Below, piece after piece: positions 58,021 to 64,000 of a stretch of 64,000 nucleotides of DNA. The notes under the pieces were generated by a model. It did not search any database. It worked only from the letters and a program-made list of their open reading frames with translations, and had not been told where the DNA came from. Location of the stretch: positions 11,842,001-11,906,000 of the forward strand of contig NC_047030.1 of assembly GCF_902652985.1 (NCBI RefSeq). Direction: 5' to 3'. Every line of letters begins with the position of its first letter. Position 1 is the first letter of the stretch. A program made the translations under genes and the position numbers. The DNA comes from Pecten maximus. Its lineage: Eukaryota.

Positions 58021-61000
58021 GAAAACTATGACTCCCTCTATAAAGTAAAGAAAATTATGTAATGGCGATCCTGAAGGTGAAGTATAACATTGTCTTTAAA
58101 CTGTTCTCCAAAGAATTGCTGGCAGGTGATAAGTCAAAATGTAAAATCTTCCCATTATTGTGTGTTGATGCTTTAGCTGTTACTTTGACATTGATTAGAT
58201 TACACCTTGACTTAGAATGTGACATTGACTTTGAACTAGTCTCCAAAGATTGAGGTCAGGTGATAGCCAAATGTAAAATCTTCCATTCATCATGTAAAGC
58301 TGATCTATACTCTTAATGACCTTGACTTAGGATTTTGTAGCCGAGATTTCAACCAATTAGTCTCCAGAGGTAAGCGTCATGAAGACCTCTAAAATTTAGG
58401 GAAATTTAGTCTAGATTTTGTCTGCCAAACGCAGGTTTATAAAAGAGGCAAAGGGCAATTTGACAGTCCCCAGGGGTAACACTAGTAAGAATTAAATTGA
58501 TACGAACATTATGGCAAAGAAATATAAACATTGTGGCAAAAAAAACACACAAACATTACAGTAAATAAAAACAATGAAGTCCTACTGATTCTTACCAGCT
58601 CACTTTATTTACCACACACAATCTGGTAAACACATGGAATGGGTTCTAGGATATTTTCATGGATACAATGCAAATCAAATATTCCACATACACATACACT
58701 GTATATACCTTTCATTACATGACATTAAGTATACGCTGTCTATCATTCTCTTCCAAATTCTCAATAATGGACACGTGAATATCAATGAAACTATTAAAAA
58801 TTAGTTAATAAAGAATTCTACAAACTACATGCTAGAAACATCTGTATAAATAAAAGAAAACCAATATATTCCACATTTCTTTTGTATTTACCGTATTGAT
58901 CCAGCAATAAGCCCATGCCCAGTAATTGCCATTCTTACTTGCGAAAAAGAATCTTGAATTTTTACCCTAAATTGGACAAAACTGTAAAATTTTCTTTGTT
59001 ACTGTATTTGTAACATCCAGTTAGTGCAGCCTAAAATATGTACCGTAGTTTTAAGGTATAATTGTCGGAAGAAGGACTACCAATGTAATAATACAATTTT
59101 CCCATGAAATTTGCTAATAAGTGCTTTTTCATTGTACTGTAACAAGCCAATTAAGTCGATGTTAAGTGTTGTCGAGGCTTATTAAAGGATTAATACAGTA
59201 ATTAAAATAAATATTTTACAGCATTTTAAAGGGTAACAATCAAGAATAATTATATGAGTTATGAAGATTTAATTTTACTTCTCTATTTGGGTACCTAAAT
59301 AAGGTTGGAACAAAATTACAAATAATTACAAACAAGTGTTTTTAAAAAATGGTTTAGCAATATTCTGGTGTTCTGTATATGAAATTGTCTCTTTTGTAAT
59401 ATTGTTTATTGGGGAGGTGTACAAAGTAATTTGAATAGTTTTGAAGGGGTTCTTACTAAATCTCAAAATCTACAAAAAGATCACTTTTATCACCCAAACA
59501 ACAGATCCAAATACATGTACATGCAAATCTCAGATTGTCTTCTGGTTGATGTTTTGTCCTGATTTCAGTTATCAACTTACAGTATGACCTAACTATATCC
59601 TAAATTTGGTTTCTGTGGAACTTTCCAAGAAAATGAAAAGAAATTTTTAATGTTAAACGCTGACAAAAAAGTAACATTTTAGTTTCTTGTGCTACTTAGT
59701 CACTGTGATACAACACAATACACTGTTACAACATACAAGTTAATTCAATTACATGACTGCCAACCTTGTAAAAAGTGGACAGACATCCGATATACAATTT
59801 CAAACATCAACAGTAGTGGTGTCATGAAATTCAAGGTTTACATTCTAGATCAGTGATCTCACAGAGATTGTACAGGAACACATTACCTCGGGAATTTTGA
59901 GGAAAGTTACATGATAATGTTTTGTCTTGTTTTAAATTATTGTATATCATATATTCAAAATATGAATACTTTAAGTGTTGAATTTTAACCTTTATATTTT
60001 CTTCTAAATACTTTTTATGTAGTTCTGATAAAACATTAAAGAGTTTTATACATCTAACCACTAATTACACAATGTATGTATCTTCTGCTGGAACTACCAA
60101 ATTTTGTTTTACCTAATCTGTGTAACTGCTGAACAAGTAATTTAGTCCCAATACATATATATGAATATCTGGTGAACAGGTCCACCACATCCCTGAAATA
60201 TACCTAGTAAGAACACTTTGAGATGATCACGTAAGTCATCTAGCTAGTTAATGAATGCAACAACAAACACGTACGAAATCATGACATTTGGTGGTTTGTG
60301 TTTCTCATGACGCTGAGAAACGGACAAGACTGACATGATTATGTCCTTGGGAAAGACAATTTACCCAAATGGCATGATACAGCATGCCAGTTGTTGTTAG
60401 TGAAGTATCACAAGCTACTACAAGGAGAACCCGCATCAAAATGGGCAATAAACCCAACAAACAAACAATCATGAAATTCAAACTCGGTGTGGACAAAAAG
60501 TAAATTTTTGACACCAAATGCTTTTTCAATTCTTGTACATGCAATCTCCTAAGCAAATGTGTAGCAAATGTGTCCTACAGTTACAGACCTGGAACTAATT
60601 TGCATCCTTACAACTATTACACACTTGCCAACACTTTCAACTGTTTTTACCCAAATCAAATCATTTTTCAGTAAAACTTTTGTTAATTCAAAAAATCTAA
60701 CTACATGAACTACTCTACTTCACAAGAAAGAAAACATGAATATTCATAAGTTAATAATTTGGCAGTCTTTAAATGTACTTCTCTGCAGGTTGAAGTTTGG
60801 TTCACATACATGAAAATCCCCCCAAAATGTTAACAGGTACGCTATCATATAGATTTCTCCACATCTATACATGTACACTCTTCACGGTATAAAATACATG
60901 CTCACTATACTTTACATATTCAAATGGAATATTTAGATTTATGTACATAGCACAGGTTTTCCAATATGGATATAACCCACCAATAATTAGATACATAAAT

Positions 61001-61888
61001 ATTTAATTACAAATACTTTTCTTGATCATTGCACTGTTTATACATGTACACCTCTTATCGTCACAATAAACATAGAGAAAAAAATCCATTTATAAAAACA
61101 AACAAATTAACACTTTTACTGCAGGACTGCAATAGACTGTTTCACTTTAACTGCGAGACTGCATTGTTGCTTTAAAGATCCCAAAAACACATGCCAGAGT
61201 CAATATATCGAACATACAATGTATGTAGTTCCATCATGAGTGTTTATCATGATGAGATGAACATTTACAGTTTTCTAGGAAATATTTATGATTTTTTATA
61301 TATTTTTACAATGAAAATAACTTATATTAACTTATATTAATAACACTTGTTGGCCTGGATTGAAGCGTATGAGAGATCATGTAGGTGACCCCGTACCTTT
61401 TATGTGAATCAAGGGAATCAAACCCCGGTCCTGTAGGTGAAATCAAGGGAATCAAACCCAGTCCTGTAGGTGTTTAAGTGTAAATGTCTATCTCAAATTT
61501 TTCAAAACCTAACATTCTTACATTTCAACACTCTCTGTGTAAATAGTTCACATTTTCAAGCTTCATAGTATTTCAAACACTGAACTACAATTTATATATA
61601 GGACAGTACAATGGCAGTGTTAATGTTCCATGTTCAAAGTAATGCCCAGCTACTTGAAAAAGGTGTTCAAACAAAAATACTTCCATGTACATGTACTCCA
61701 TTATAAATGTAAATGATTCATCATGTATATATTAAATGAATACTAGTCTTGTAATTGTAATAGTGTTTCAGATTTATAATGCATTTTCAACCAAACTCAG
61801 CCACCCCTTCCACACAAATCTACACCCATGCAATTCATCTGTAGTTAATCTTTAACCAAGGCATACCAACATTCATACAGGGCTATAG

Positions 61889-62195
61889 TTGTAATGTCAG
61901 TACAGGAAATGAAAATCTACTGACAGAGGCAGTGGATACCACAAAAAAAAACTTCAGTAAGACAAATATTGTAATGTTGGTACAGTAACTGAAAATCTAT
62001 TGACAGAGGCAGTCGATACTACAAAAAAACTTCTGTAAGACAAATATTGTAATGTCGGTACAGGAACTGAAAATCTATTTACAGAGGCAGTTGATACTAC
62101 AAAAAACTTTAGTGAGACAAATATTGTAATGTCACTACAGAAGGTGAAAATCTATTATTAAGTAAAGAGGCAGTGAGTACTATTAAAAAAAAATC
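61889..62195. repeat. ~78-bp tandem repeat x4
   Basis: TTGTAATGTC.GTACAG.AACTGAAAATCTATTGACAGAGGCAGT.GATACTACAAAAAAACTT..GTAAGACAAATA repeated. Confidence 0.85.
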
Positions 62196-62452
62196 AGTAA
62201 AGCTAACACTCGTTTATTAGACTGCCAATTATTCATCCTGGTAGATCTACCTAAACTCTACCACAGGGACTAGTATCGATAAATAAGGCATACCAATAAT
62301 ATATTTAATGTAACTAGCTCCTGTGTCTCCATATGTGTCCTAAAGCTGTGATAGTTGTGTCAGTAGTACATAGTATGACTACACTTCTTGAAAACCATTT
62401 TTAATTGTAATTTTTACAAACTATGTTAGGTGGTGAACAGAGCATGGCAGGT

Positions 62453-62762
62453 GTTTTACCTAGATCTAACAGGCCCTTTAGGGCTCTCAATACATAAATT
62501 ACAGTATATTTGTAAACTTATAGATCTCTATATGTATCCTGAAGATACATCCATCCCAGTTTTACCTAGACCTAACAGACCCTTTAGGGCTCTCAATACA
62601 TAAATTACAGTATATTTGTAAACTTATACATCTCTATATGTATCCTGAAGATACATCCATCCAACAGTTTTACCTAGACCTAATAGACCCTGAAGGGATT
62701 TTCCAATACATAAATTACAGTAGATCTGTAAACTTAAACATCTGTATGTGTATCCTTAAGAT
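62453..62762. repeat. ~106-bp tandem repeat x3
   Basis: GTTTTACCTAGA.CTAACAG.CCCTTTAGGGCTCTCAATACATAAATTACAGTA... at 62453, 62559 and 62667. Confidence 0.85.
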
Positions 62763-64000
62763 TAAACAATAAAAGAAGAACGGATTGAGATACTAGTAAA
62801 TATTTTTCTGCTGCGAGTTGTAGCTGGTTAAGTCCACAAACATACGACCCACCAAGCATACATACCTAGGTAAATGCATAAACCATTAAATAGAAAAAAA
62901 TATCACTATGAAATAGAAACACATTGAATTAATGTATTGCAAATCATTGTATACATTCAATACAGGATGCATAATCAGTAAGTGTAGCGGAGTGCATAAT
63001 CATAAGATTTCTCATATTTTTATCAGCTATTTAAAAATCAGATAAAAGGCCAATTAAACAACAGAAATCTTGAGACTACGTAGTGTAAATAGCCAACTGT
63101 GGGTATGCAACAATGGCCTGGCTGTCTTCGGGAAGATTTCCACCAAATAATTTACATCTACAAGTCTGGCTAACTTCAGACCTTGGGCCGTTCGTTTATG
63201 CCGACAAACAAGTCAGCCTGTTTCAAATGTAATATTTCAGGCATAGATCTAGGAGGATCTGCAGATGTTAATGGAGGCCTTGAAAGTCTTTTTCAAGGCT
63301 CATCTGAAAACAACATAAAATCACCAGGTCCTTCCTTATTTCATAAATTAACAACTCTGGTCCAACCGTTTGGACCGTAATAAATGGAAACGACCCTAGT
63401 TTATTAGTGAAATAAGCCCCAGGTCTACAATTCAGGTCAGCCTCAAGCCTAGTTTTCTATCTGAGTGTGAACTAATATATAATAGCATCTAAAAATAAGT
63501 GTCATTTCATATATTTTTTAAAATGAATTATGAGTCTTTTTAGTTTCAATTTTAACTTTCTTATCACATAATTCAGAAAACTTATATTTTGACAGGTTTT
63601 AAAGTGGACAAAACCAAATGGAGTCAGCAATTTCGTTGCACCATCATCAATTCATGGCGTGATGTCATTGGCCATGTTATGCCAGCACAAAAGATTACGG
63701 ACTGGCACAGCCAATTTAAAATGCTCCAGATTATATTATACTGAGCTAGTGACCTATATGTCAAAATATTACATGAGCAAATTCGATCAATAACCGCCTG
63801 ATTATGTAATAAAACCATTTAACCCCTTCTTTCTAACCTGTATCACAGATAAAATACGACTGGAAGGGTATTGTTCTGTGGTACTCAATGTCATTGTTAA
63901 ATGTCTACACCTATCAACCCTCACTTCCATGCTCGACTAAGTGCCTTTCTAGAAGCTAGTTTTTGTGTGATAAAAGTGACTAGGAACATTCCCAGCAGGA

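Larger units (their letters stand above)
58600..63303 (-). other. Possible terminal exon (short coding end + long 3'UTR) of a minus-strand gene starting beyond the window
   Basis: Strong minus-strand acceptor TTTTATGTTGTTTTCAG at ~63304 is followed by an early stop in all three frames. Long U-rich non-coding sequence follows, with AATAAA on minus at ~58604-58609. No protein identity is recoverable. Confidence 0.3.

Noticed and set aside
63183-63380. 65-aa plus-strand ORF
   Set aside because: No recognisable motif or splice support; local signals fit a minus-strand acceptor better.

Overview
AT-rich, intron-rich animal genomic DNA. The SINE and Helentron-type repeat content suggests a bivalve mollusc (inference). 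It holds six protein-coding genes: a DUF4062-like/NACHT/WD40 STAND gene (NWD1/2-like, +) with a +1 frameshift at ~10,199 and a C-terminal CaaX box; MRPS22 (-) head-to-head with a NOL7-like gene (+); a small 127-aa orphan with a death-domain-like pattern (+); and FBXO42 (-) head-to-head with CCDC115/VMA22 (+). A probable terminal exon/3'UTR of a seventh gene lies on the - strand at the right end. Repeats include a 5'-truncated CR1/L2-group LINE, several tRNA-derived SINE families, HINE-like elements, palindromic MITE-like elements and large minisatellites. The long ORFs at 17.9-21.5 kb and 38.2-40.3 kb are minisatellite artefacts. The most striking pattern is that 6 of about 60 coding splice junctions, in four genes, have been tandemly duplicated into the intron. 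Examples are a 54-bp array of ready-made AG/15-nt/GTGAGT microexon cassettes and a ~4.5-kb array of about 180 copies of an MRPS22 5' splice site. Exon coordinates were read by hand and need RNA-seq confirmation.
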